DNA of 64,000 nucleotides from contig CAZXQA010000001.1 of the NCBI GenBank assembly GCA_964642835.1, forward strand, positions 325,387 through 389,386, given 5' to 3'. The DNA comes from an uncultured Candidatus Saccharibacteria bacterium (GTDB taxonomy: Bacteria; Patescibacteriota; Minisyncoccia; Phycocordibacterales; Zambryskibacteraceae). Below, piece after piece: positions 56,621 through 64,000 of the stretch. Position numbers and translations under genes: made by a program. A model generated the notes under the pieces. The model saw only the letters and a program-made list of their open reading frames with translations. It made no database searches and was not told where the DNA came from. The first letter of the stretch is position 1, and every line of letters starts with the position of its first letter.

Positions 56621-57231
56621 TATTGTACCGAAACCTGCCCACTTTGATAGAAGGTAACGGCCTTCGTACGTCCGCGCGGGCTCTCGATAGTGATCTGCGC
56701 GCCAACAAGATTCGACACGCTGACTCCCTGCCCGCTGCCATCGTAGAAGCGCAGCACGGCCGTGGTCTTCGGTCTCAGGAAGGTAACATCAACCCGAGTA
56801 ACCGAGCCGCAATCCACTCCGGAAGATGTGAGCGGGCATACCGACGTCACTGTGTTGCCACGAACGAGCGACACCAGTTGGACGCATTCTGGATGAGCCC
56901 CACAGGACCATGCGCCCGTGTAATGGCTATTCCCATCGCTGTCTATGAACGCGATGTAAGAAGTGGGCGAATCACTGGTACTCACGACAACACCATACGC
57001 GGAATCAAAGGTGGGCGTCACGCTCCCCGCCTGCTTAACCGCGACACCATAGGCTTGCTGTTCGGAGAACACGAGGGCGAGATTGTCGGCGTCTTGCGCG
57101 AGACCTGCCGCGTCGCTATACGTCGATTGGTTAAAGACAATAACCGCTAGGATAACCATCGCGATGCCCACGGAGACAAGCATCTCAACGAGGGTAAATC
57201 CTGATTGACGTTCTTTAGTGGAAAGCGACAT
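56620..57231 (-). CDS. Minor pilin, FimT-like
   Basis: SGFTLVEML class III signal, YGV motif. Confidence 0.85.
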   Translation of the reverse strand: MSLSTKERQSGFTLVEMLVSVGIAMVILAVIVFNQSTYSDAAGLAQDADNLALVFSEQQAYGVAVKQAGSVTPTFDSAYGVVVSTSDSPTSYIAFIDSDGNSHYTGAWSCGAHPECVQLVSLVRGNTVTSVCPLTSSGVDCGSVTRVDVTFLRPKTTAVLRFYDGSGQGVSVSNLVGAQITIESPRGRTKAVTFYQSGQVSVQ

Positions 57232-57976
57232 GGAGAAGATCAAGTTGAAGGATGAGAGAGAGCCAGGCGCCCAGCACGAGGAACGGAGCGAACGGGACTT
57301 CGCTCTTCATTGTAATCCGTTTACCTCGTGTTAACAAAGGAGAAAGGAACCCCGCGGCGATAAGAGCGAGACCATAGAGCGCCCCCACCCAGAAGGCGAC
57401 GATCACCGCCGAGAATCCGCCCGCCGCACCAAGCATGAGACCGATAGAGAGAGCAAGCTTCCCGTCCCCAAAGCCCATGGCCCGCCCCCGAGACAGGAGC
57501 CAGATAAGTGTAAAGAAGGCAAAGAGGATCGGTCCCGCGAGCCAGTCGAGGAGCGTGCCTCGCGCGAGGACGGCAATGACAAGCGCGAAAAGAATCGCAG
57601 GATACACGAGCGAGTTCGGAATCACCTTGTGACGCATGTCATAGATAAGAATGACGATGTAGATCGAGAAGATAATGAGAAACAAGGCGTTCACCCACAG
57701 AAGATGGGCCGGATGATACGCCGTCGCGAAAATCAGAGCGGTGAGCGTCTCTACTGCCGGATAGCGCCAGGAAATGTTCGCGCGACAACTTCCGCAACGT
57801 CCACCAAGCACGATGAAGCTCACCACGGGTACGAGTTCATACCACGACAAGGTTTTGCCACAGGATCCACAGCGCGATCGCCCGCCAACGGAGAGGCCAG
57901 AGCGGAAACGGAACGCCGCGACGTTGAGGAAGCTCCCCACGATGGCACCTAAAACAAAAAGGATGACCGTCGTCAT
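57215..57976 (-). CDS. pilD: Prepilin peptidase
   Basis: GSFLNV, RSRCGSC...RCGSC, YD, MGFGDGK, PFAPFL. Confidence 0.94.
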   Translation of the reverse strand: MTTVILFVLGAIVGSFLNVAAFRFRSGLSVGGRSRCGSCGKTLSWYELVPVVSFIVLGGRCGSCRANISWRYPAVETLTALIFATAYHPAHLLWVNALFLIIFSIYIVILIYDMRHKVIPNSLVYPAILFALVIAVLARGTLLDWLAGPILFAFFTLIWLLSRGRAMGFGDGKLALSIGLMLGAAGGFSAVIVAFWVGALYGLALIAAGFLSPLLTRGKRITMKSEVPFAPFLVLGAWLSLILQLDLLHVAFH

Positions 57977-58005
57977 CCTTTCAGTATACCAAGAGAAAGC
58001 GAGAT

Positions 58006-58461
58006 TTACGGCGCGCAGACGGTAGCGGAACCGAGAGCGGCTGATTCGGCTTTGGATTTGCCGAGACTGTCGACGCACCAGTACTGACCGGAGGTGGTTA
58101 AGTTGGCCTGGACAGCGTAAGCCGTGCCGTTTGAGTTACAGACAAGTGTCGTACTACCAGGATAGTTTCCTGAAGCGGTGTACTGCGACATACCGGAAGC
58201 CGTGTCAGTAAACATCGTGTCAGGAGTGCTGCAATTGGCAGCTGTGCTATAACTCCCATTCGTATCGTAATAAATTTCCGCGGACGCGCGAAGACCAGCG
58301 AGTTGCGCTTTAATCTTGGCGTCATTGCCCTTGCCTCTCGCCGTGTTGAGGGAAGCAAGCACAACGGAAGAGAGAATGCCGATGATGGCAATAACCACCA
58401 AGAGTTCGATGAGCGTGAAGCCGCCGGTCCAGCGTGTGCGCTTGTGTCCTGTGCTAATCAT
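58006..58461 (-). CDS. Type IV (major) pilin
   Basis: [30 protein letters not shown]-terminal WCVDS. Confidence 0.92.
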   Translation of the reverse strand: MISTGHKRTRWTGGFTLIELLVVIAIIGILSSVVLASLNTARGKGNDAKIKAQLAGLRASAEIYYDTNGSYSTAANCSTPDTMFTDTASGMSQYTASGNYPGSTTLVCNSNGTAYAVQANLTTSGQYWCVDSLGKSKAESAALGSATVCAP

Positions 58462-58565
58462 GAGTCGTTTAATTGGTATTGTTTAATGCTAAATCCACGC
58501 TGCGGTGAATGCGTTTATTATACCTCTTCGCCCCTTTGTTGCGTATCTCGTGTGGATAACTGGGT

Positions 58566-59774
58566 CTAGAGACCAGCGGAGCTTGCGATGTTGTAGATCG
58601 GCACAAGAACAGAAACGAGAAGAATACCGACCGCGAGACCCAAGCCAACGATCATAACCGGCTCGATAAGGGCAACAAGCGTGTCGACGGCGTTGACCAC
58701 CTCGCGCTGGTAGAAGCGGGCCATCGTACGGAAGATTTTCCCCAACTCCCCCGTCTCCTCGCCCACCTTAATCATCTGCGTAAGCATGCTTGGAATTTCC
58801 GGATGATCACCCAAAGATTGTGAGAGCGAGCGACCACCCTTCACCTCTTCGAGAGCCGAGCTCATAATTCCTTTGTAGACATCATTCTCGACAATAGCAC
58901 CCGTCACTTCGATCGCCTTTACCATCGGGATGCCAGAAAGAATCATGGTGTTCATGTTGTCGGCAATGACCGAGAGATAGAGCTTGCGGTACAGTTCGCC
59001 GAAGTACGGCAGCCCGAGTTTGAAGTCTGCCCAAGCGGCCGCGCCTGCCGGTGTACGCAAATATCGGAAGAGAAAGTAACCCATGACGACGAGCGCCGCG
59101 AGAATGAGGAGACCGTAACCGATAAGAAACTCACTCACCGAGAAAACGAGTCTTGTATAAAGAGGTACCTCCTGACCACTCTCGACAATAATGGCGCTAA
59201 TCTTCGGAATAATGACGGTAAACATGAGCACCATGACCGAGAGGAAAACGGTGACCACGAAAGCCGGATAGATCAGGGCGTTCTTCACCTTGGAAACCAC
59301 TTCGTAATTGCGGTCGAGGTGTTCGGCGAGATAGTTGAAGGTTTCGTTCAGCTTCCCTGTCTCCTCACCGGACTTCACCATGTTGACGTAGAAGTCAGAG
59401 AAGATCTCCGGGTGACGCGAGAGTGCTTTGGAAATCGTGGCCCCACCCTGAATGTCGGCCACGACTTGTTCGAGGCTCTTTCGAAGTACGACATTTTCCG
59501 TTTCGGCCGCGAGAAGGGTAAAGATCTTGAGTGGCGACACTTGCGCCTCAAAGAGCGTCGCCATTTGCTTAGAGAGAAGAACAATATCCTTGTTCGAGAC
59601 ACTCGCTTCGAAGGAGATGCTCGCGTACCACGGCTCATGCTCTGCTGGTTCGATCGAGACAATGACAAGTCCGCGCTTCTGGAGAGACCCGACGGCCACA
59701 TCGAGTGAGACGGCGTCAATAGAACCGCTCGTGTCCTTCCCTGTATTCTCTAGCGCGTGATAGTTGAAAAGCAT
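58566..59774 (-). CDS. pilC: Type IV pilus platform protein
   Basis: Two T2SSF repeats (GEETGKL, GEETGEL), LIYP, LIEP. Confidence 0.93.
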   Translation of the reverse strand: MLFNYHALENTGKDTSGSIDAVSLDVAVGSLQKRGLVIVSIEPAEHEPWYASISFEASVSNKDIVLLSKQMATLFEAQVSPLKIFTLLAAETENVVLRKSLEQVVADIQGGATISKALSRHPEIFSDFYVNMVKSGEETGKLNETFNYLAEHLDRNYEVVSKVKNALIYPAFVVTVFLSVMVLMFTVIIPKISAIIVESGQEVPLYTRLVFSVSEFLIGYGLLILAALVVMGYFLFRYLRTPAGAAAWADFKLGLPYFGELYRKLYLSVIADNMNTMILSGIPMVKAIEVTGAIVENDVYKGIMSSALEEVKGGRSLSQSLGDHPEIPSMLTQMIKVGEETGELGKIFRTMARFYQREVVNAVDTLVALIEPVMIVGLGLAVGILLVSVLVPIYNIASSAGL

Positions 59775-59785
59775 GTATAGATATC

Positions 59786-60847
59786 TTACAGCATCCGCTC
59801 AAGGTTCTTAGGGTTAGCCGAGAACTGGAAGGCGTTCTCTACTGTGATCTCTCCCTTGCGAACGAGCTCGACAAGCGAGCGGTTGAGGTCGATCATTCCT
59901 TCTCCCGAGCTCGTCTCAATAACCGAAGCGATCTCGTGAGTGCGCTTTTCGCGGATAAGGTTCGAGACAGCGCTGTTGTTGATGAGAAGCTCAACCGCCG
60001 GGATAAGACCGCCGGAGATACGCGGCACCAAACGCTGCGAGAAGATGCCGAGGAGCGAACTCGAGAGCTGGAGTCTGATCTGTGCCTGAGCTTCCGCCGG
60101 GAAGGAGTCGATAATGCGGTCAATCGTCTGGGCGGCCGTGTTCGTGTGAAGGGTCGAGAAGATAAGATGCCCAGTCTCCGCCGCCGTCACCGCCGTCGAG
60201 ATCGTTTCCGGGTCGCGCATCTCACCGATCATGACGATATCCGCGTCCTGGCGGAACACGCCCTTGAGAGCCGTGTGGAAGTCCGGCGTATCCATCTTCA
60301 CTTCGCGCTGGTCGATCATCGCCTTCTTCGGCGTAAAGAGATATTCGACCGGATCTTCGATCGTAATAATGTGTTCGAGGCGCTCCTGGTTAATCGTCTC
60401 AATAAGCGCGGCGAGTGTCGTCGACTTACCGACGCCGACGGGACCCACGACGAGGAAGAAGCCTTGCTGCTTCGTCGCGAAAGTGCGCAGAATCGGCGGA
60501 AGGCCGAGCTCTTCCAAGGTCTTTACCTCCTTCGAGATAAGGCGGAGGGCCACACTCGTGCGACCAAGCGCCGTGTACGCGCTACAACGGAAGCGACGAC
60601 CATCCTTACTCGACCACGCGAAGTTCGCTTCCTGGGCGGCGGCAAACTCTGTCTGCGCTGGAGCTGGCATCATCTGCGCGAGCATCCGAGAAACGTCTTC
60701 TTTCGCGAGAGGAGCGAACTTCGCGAGCGGGATAAGGAATCCGCCAACGCGTACCACCGGCGGACGTCCTTCGGCCAGGTGAAGATCTGAGGCATTCTCC
60801 TTCACCATGACATCGACGAGTTCGGCAAGTAGTGTTTCCTGAGGCAT
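59786..60847 (-). CDS. pilT: Retraction ATPase
   Basis: ASDLHL, GPVGVGKSTT, TIEDPVE, GEMRD, AAETGHL..STLHT. Confidence 0.94.
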   Translation of the reverse strand: MPQETLLAELVDVMVKENASDLHLAEGRPPVVRVGGFLIPLAKFAPLAKEDVSRMLAQMMPAPAQTEFAAAQEANFAWSSKDGRRFRCSAYTALGRTSVALRLISKEVKTLEELGLPPILRTFATKQQGFFLVVGPVGVGKSTTLAALIETINQERLEHIITIEDPVEYLFTPKKAMIDQREVKMDTPDFHTALKGVFRQDADIVMIGEMRDPETISTAVTAAETGHLIFSTLHTNTAAQTIDRIIDSFPAEAQAQIRLQLSSSLLGIFSQRLVPRISGGLIPAVELLINNSAVSNLIREKRTHEIASVIETSSGEGMIDLNRSLVELVRKGEITVENAFQFSANPKNLERML

Positions 60848-60864
60848 GAAAATAATTTCTTTTA

Positions 60865-62457
60865 TTATAACGTATTCACTTCTTCAAACGGAATGACTTT
60901 CTGGAACGCTTTGATAATGGCGTCCTCCTTCATGGTGAGCATCCCCTTCTGGCGGATAACCTTGTAGAGTTCCGGCTCCGTCGCGTTCCTGAGCACCGCC
61001 GCTTCGATAGTCTTATCCATTTCAAAGACTTCCGTCACCGCCGCGCGGCCCGTCATGCCTGTCGGATACTCCTTCGAGGGCATCGGCTCCCAGAACTCTC
61101 CTGTGAGCGGCAAGCCCTTCCTCACCTCTTCCGGCAAGTCGGCGAACTCTTTGTCGATCATCATCTTGATCGAATCCTCGACCTTGATCGGCTTCGCTTC
61201 TCCCGGCGCGAGACGGCGCACGAGACGCTGAGCCATGGCGAGGACGAGCGTCGGCGCGATGAGATACGGATCGACGCCCATGTCGATCAAGCGCGGGATA
61301 ACGCCGATGGCGTTGTTCGTGTGAATGGTCGAGAACACAAGGTGACCGGTAAGCGCGGCTTGGATCGCGAGTGAAGCTGTTTCCTTGTCGCGAATCTCGC
61401 CGACCATGATGATGTCCGGGTCCTGACGCAGCGTCGTGCGGAGACCTGAGGCGAAGGTGTAGTCGATCTCAGGCTGAATCTGAGACTGCGAGACGCCGTC
61501 GATCGAATACTCAACCGGGTCTTCGAGCGAGAGCACGTTCTTGTGAGCGCGGTCGACTTCGTTCAACATGGCGTAGAGCGTCGTCGACTTACCGGAACCC
61601 GTCGGACCCGAGATGAGAATGAGACCGTACGGACGCTCGAGCGCCTTACGGATCAAAGAGAGATTCACGTCGGAGAAGCCCATCTTGTCGAGAGCAAGGA
61701 GCCCGCGCGATTGGTCGAGAATACGCATTACCACCTTCTCACCGTAGTACGTCGGGAAGGTTGAGACACGGAAGTCCACCTTCCTATTCCCCACTGGCGC
61801 GGAGAAGCGGCCATCTTGAGGTTTGCGCTTCTCGTCGAGGCGCATGTTCGAGAGGATCTTAATGCGAGCGACAACGGCGGCATGCACCTTGAGTGGCAAG
61901 ATAAGCGAAGTGTTGAGCGTACCGTCGACGCGGAAGCGGACCCGCACGTTGTCATGCGAAGGCTCAATGTGAATGTCGGAGGCCTTGCCGTCCGAGGCGT
62001 GGTCGAGAATGGTGGCGACGATCTTTGTCACCGGCGCGTCCTCGACAATCTTTGTCACTCCATCCGCCCCCTTCTCCCCTTCAGCCTCAAGTGGCTCGTC
62101 GAGAGAAACATCGGCATCGAGCTCGGAGAGAGCTTTGGTCACTTCTCCGGAAAGGCCTTCGTACTTACCAAGCGCCTTTTGGAAATCGGCTTCGCTAATG
62201 AGAAAGAGTTTGTACGGCAAGCCAATGCGTGAGGAGATGAAGTTCAACGCATCGCGAGCTTCGAGGTCATTGGGGTTCACGGCACCAACTTCAAGCACGC
62301 CATCCGTAACGGAGAGTGGCATGACGCGATAATGCATCGCCGAATCCTGCGGGATGTACTCGAGCACCTTCCCGGGGATATCAAGACCTTCCAAACTTCT
62401 CGTCGGAAGAGTTTGGGCGCTTGAGGCGGCGCTTCCTTTTTTCGCGATGGGTGCCAT
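60865..62457 (-). CDS. pilB: Pilus assembly ATPase (PilB/GspE)
   Basis: ASDIHIEP, PQDGR, GPTGSGKSTT, LRQDPD, ALTGHLV. Confidence 0.94.
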   Translation of the reverse strand: MAPIAKKGSAASSAQTLPTRSLEGLDIPGKVLEYIPQDSAMHYRVMPLSVTDGVLEVGAVNPNDLEARDALNFISSRIGLPYKLFLISEADFQKALGKYEGLSGEVTKALSELDADVSLDEPLEAEGEKGADGVTKIVEDAPVTKIVATILDHASDGKASDIHIEPSHDNVRVRFRVDGTLNTSLILPLKVHAAVVARIKILSNMRLDEKRKPQDGRFSAPVGNRKVDFRVSTFPTYYGEKVVMRILDQSRGLLALDKMGFSDVNLSLIRKALERPYGLILISGPTGSGKSTTLYAMLNEVDRAHKNVLSLEDPVEYSIDGVSQSQIQPEIDYTFASGLRTTLRQDPDIIMVGEIRDKETASLAIQAALTGHLVFSTIHTNNAIGVIPRLIDMGVDPYLIAPTLVLAMAQRLVRRLAPGEAKPIKVEDSIKMMIDKEFADLPEEVRKGLPLTGEFWEPMPSKEYPTGMTGRAAVTEVFEMDKTIEAAVLRNATEPELYKVIRQKGMLTMKEDAIIKAFQKVIPFEEVNTL

Positions 62458-62464
62458 GGCAGTG

Positions 62465-62749
62465 TTATTGCCCGATAGGAGCAAAGGGGTTAGCGCGGCC
62501 AAATGGCTGCGGCTGGAGCGGCGTGCTGAAGTCGGCAAGCGCGCGGTACGGACCTTCGCCGAAGAGCTTCTGATCGAGAGTGGCCTTCGCGAGATTATCG
62601 GAGAGCTTCACGAGATCGGCGCCGACACTTTGAGCAGGCGCGACATCTGGCGTCCCCAGGTCGGCGAAGAACGAGTTATACATAAAGAAAGCGATCAAGA
62701 TGATGACGCCGAGGACGAGGATATTTTTGTTCTGTTCGAGAGCTTTCAT
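62465..62749 (-). CDS. Small membrane protein in PilP position
   Basis: Single TM, C-terminal GRANPFAP. Confidence 0.75.
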   Translation of the reverse strand: MKALEQNKNILVLGVIILIAFFMYNSFFADLGTPDVAPAQSVGADLVKLSDNLAKATLDQKLFGEGPYRALADFSTPLQPQPFGRANPFAPIGQ

Positions 62750-62758
62750 GACGGAAAA

Positions 62759-63301
62759 TTATTTGAGCCAGTAGGTCTCCACAACGACCTGGTGCTCGTA
62801 CAAGCCGGCTTCGGTCACTTGGAAGGTAAGCGTCTTCACATCCATGATGCGAAGACTCTTCTCCACGTCGGAGAGAAACTTCGTGAAATTGGCGTAATTG
62901 GAAACGAAACTGAAGGAAACCTTCGCCCTCTCGTACGGACGCCCGCTGTCCGAGGTAAGAGAAGAAGGAGCGGTAGGATCGGCAGCCGTGTCTACCTGTA
63001 CGCTCTTAATGGAGATCCCGTATTGCGAGGCGATCGTATCGAGATCGCGCGCCAAGCCCACGGCGTCAATGCTCGACGGCAAGACCTTCATGATGCGCTC
63101 CTTCTCGGTGAGCGGGATCGACTCGTAGACGGTCTGGAGGTTGGCGCGCGCTTCGCCGATGCGAGCGACATTCTCGACGATGGCGCGATACTCGGCCGCC
63201 TGAGCCGCGAGTTCCTGCGCCGCGCCGTACTGCGGGGAAATATAGGTATAGAAAATACCGAGCGAGAGGAGAAGCAGAATGGTGGCGGCAGTTTTGTTCA
63301 T
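62759..63301 (-). CDS. pilO: PilO-like protein
   Basis: TM and coiled coil; Y.NF.KFL.DVEKSLRIMDV...TYWLK. Confidence 0.8.
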   Translation of the reverse strand: MNKTAATILLLLSLGIFYTYISPQYGAAQELAAQAAEYRAIVENVARIGEARANLQTVYESIPLTEKERIMKVLPSSIDAVGLARDLDTIASQYGISIKSVQVDTAADPTAPSSLTSDSGRPYERAKVSFSFVSNYANFTKFLSDVEKSLRIMDVKTLTFQVTEAGLYEHQVVVETYWLK

Positions 63302-63302
63302 A

Positions 63303-64000
63303 TTAGTTTCTCGGAGTAGTTGTAGCGGTGCGTGGTGTCGTGGTGGCAGTCGAAGTGGCTGTGGTGCGCGGAGTCGAGGATGCGGTCAGAACGGGAGCAG
63401 CCACGGGCCCTTGTGCCGCGCTCGCCACGAAGCGTTCATAGGAGAGGAAATCCGGAGAGATCTGCATCTTCGCCGTGAAGGTCACATTCCCTTTGTCGTC
63501 GAGGCGCAAATCAGAGAAAACCGCGTTCTTGAAGTTCGCGTTCTTCTCAATCGCATCCGCTTCAACGGCGAGCGCGGCGTAACTCTTGGCCTGGCCCTTC
63601 ATAATAACCTGCAGGCCATCAGCGCCTCGGGCGTACGCGAAGTCAGTGAAGCGGACCGTCTGAGGCGTCGCGATCTGAAGATATGTAAAGAAAGGCGTCA
63701 GAACGCGGTGATTCTTAAGAAGAGATTGGGCCGAGATAATGCGGTTGTCGAGATCAACGAGTTCGTCAACGGCACCCGTCGCGAGTTCGGCGCGCATCGA
63801 CTCAAGTTCGGCCTGCATGCTCGTGAGCGAATACCCGAGATAGAACTTGTACGCGGTAACGCCCAACGCGCCGATCACCGTCAGAGCAAAGACGGTCTTC
63901 ACGAGAAAGCCCGCGAAGTCTCGACTACCGCGGCGAGGTGCCTGCGGCATCACTCCTCCTGACATCGGAGTAGCGGGACCTTTGGGAATGAACGTGGATT
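63303..64000 (-). CDS. PilN-like protein (start probably beyond the window end)
   Basis: Frame stays open to the edge (STFIPKG); TM, coiled coil, Thr-rich tail. Confidence 0.75.
   Translation of the reverse strand, partial: STFIPKGPATPMSGGVMPQAPRRGSRDFAGFLVKTVFALTVIGALGVTAYKFYLGYSLTSMQAELESMRAELATGAVDELVDLDNRIISAQSLLKNHRVLTPFFTYLQIATPQTVRFTDFAYARGADGLQVIMKGQAKSYAALAVEADAIEKNANFKNAVFSDLRLDDKGNVTFTAKMQISPDFLSYERFVASAAQGPVAAPVLTASSTPRTTATSTATTTPRTATTTPRN

Noticed and set aside
63303-63400. Thr-rich repeat at the PilN-like C-terminus
   Set aside because: Ordinary low-complexity protein tail, not a DNA repeat array.

Overview
A 64-kb chromosomal segment of a Patescibacteria/CPR (Parcubacteria-like) bacterium using genetic code 11 (RF2 present, TGA used as stop). 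Housekeeping blocks are ddl-uvrC-uvrA-uvrB, tgt, mreB, priA-def-fmt, hpf, typA, hisS, a UvrD-nuclease fusion, rpoB-rpoC-dnaG-rpoD, rpsP-khpA-trmD, prfB, lexA, gatCA, ligA and a type IV pilus cluster. There are nine tRNA genes (Ala x3, Asn, Thr x2, fMet, Met, Asp). No CRISPR array, rRNA, transposase or intact integrase was seen. The most notable structure is two classes of gene. Many core genes look leaderless (TGnTAnnnT-N6..9-ATG, no Shine-Dalgarno). About 16 orphan ORFs and 3 structured units without a long ORF are wedged between core genes as self-contained promoter-SD-ORF-terminator cassettes, and some unrelated cassettes share nearly identical promoter/SD or terminator modules. Also notable: an AT-rich mini-island at tRNA-Asn with a displaced tRNA end, three candidate structured RNAs, a GAAC-N4-GTTC box at lexA, and a palindromic in-frame repeat in uvrC. 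All calls come from motif recognition by eye; no database searches or folding programs were run.
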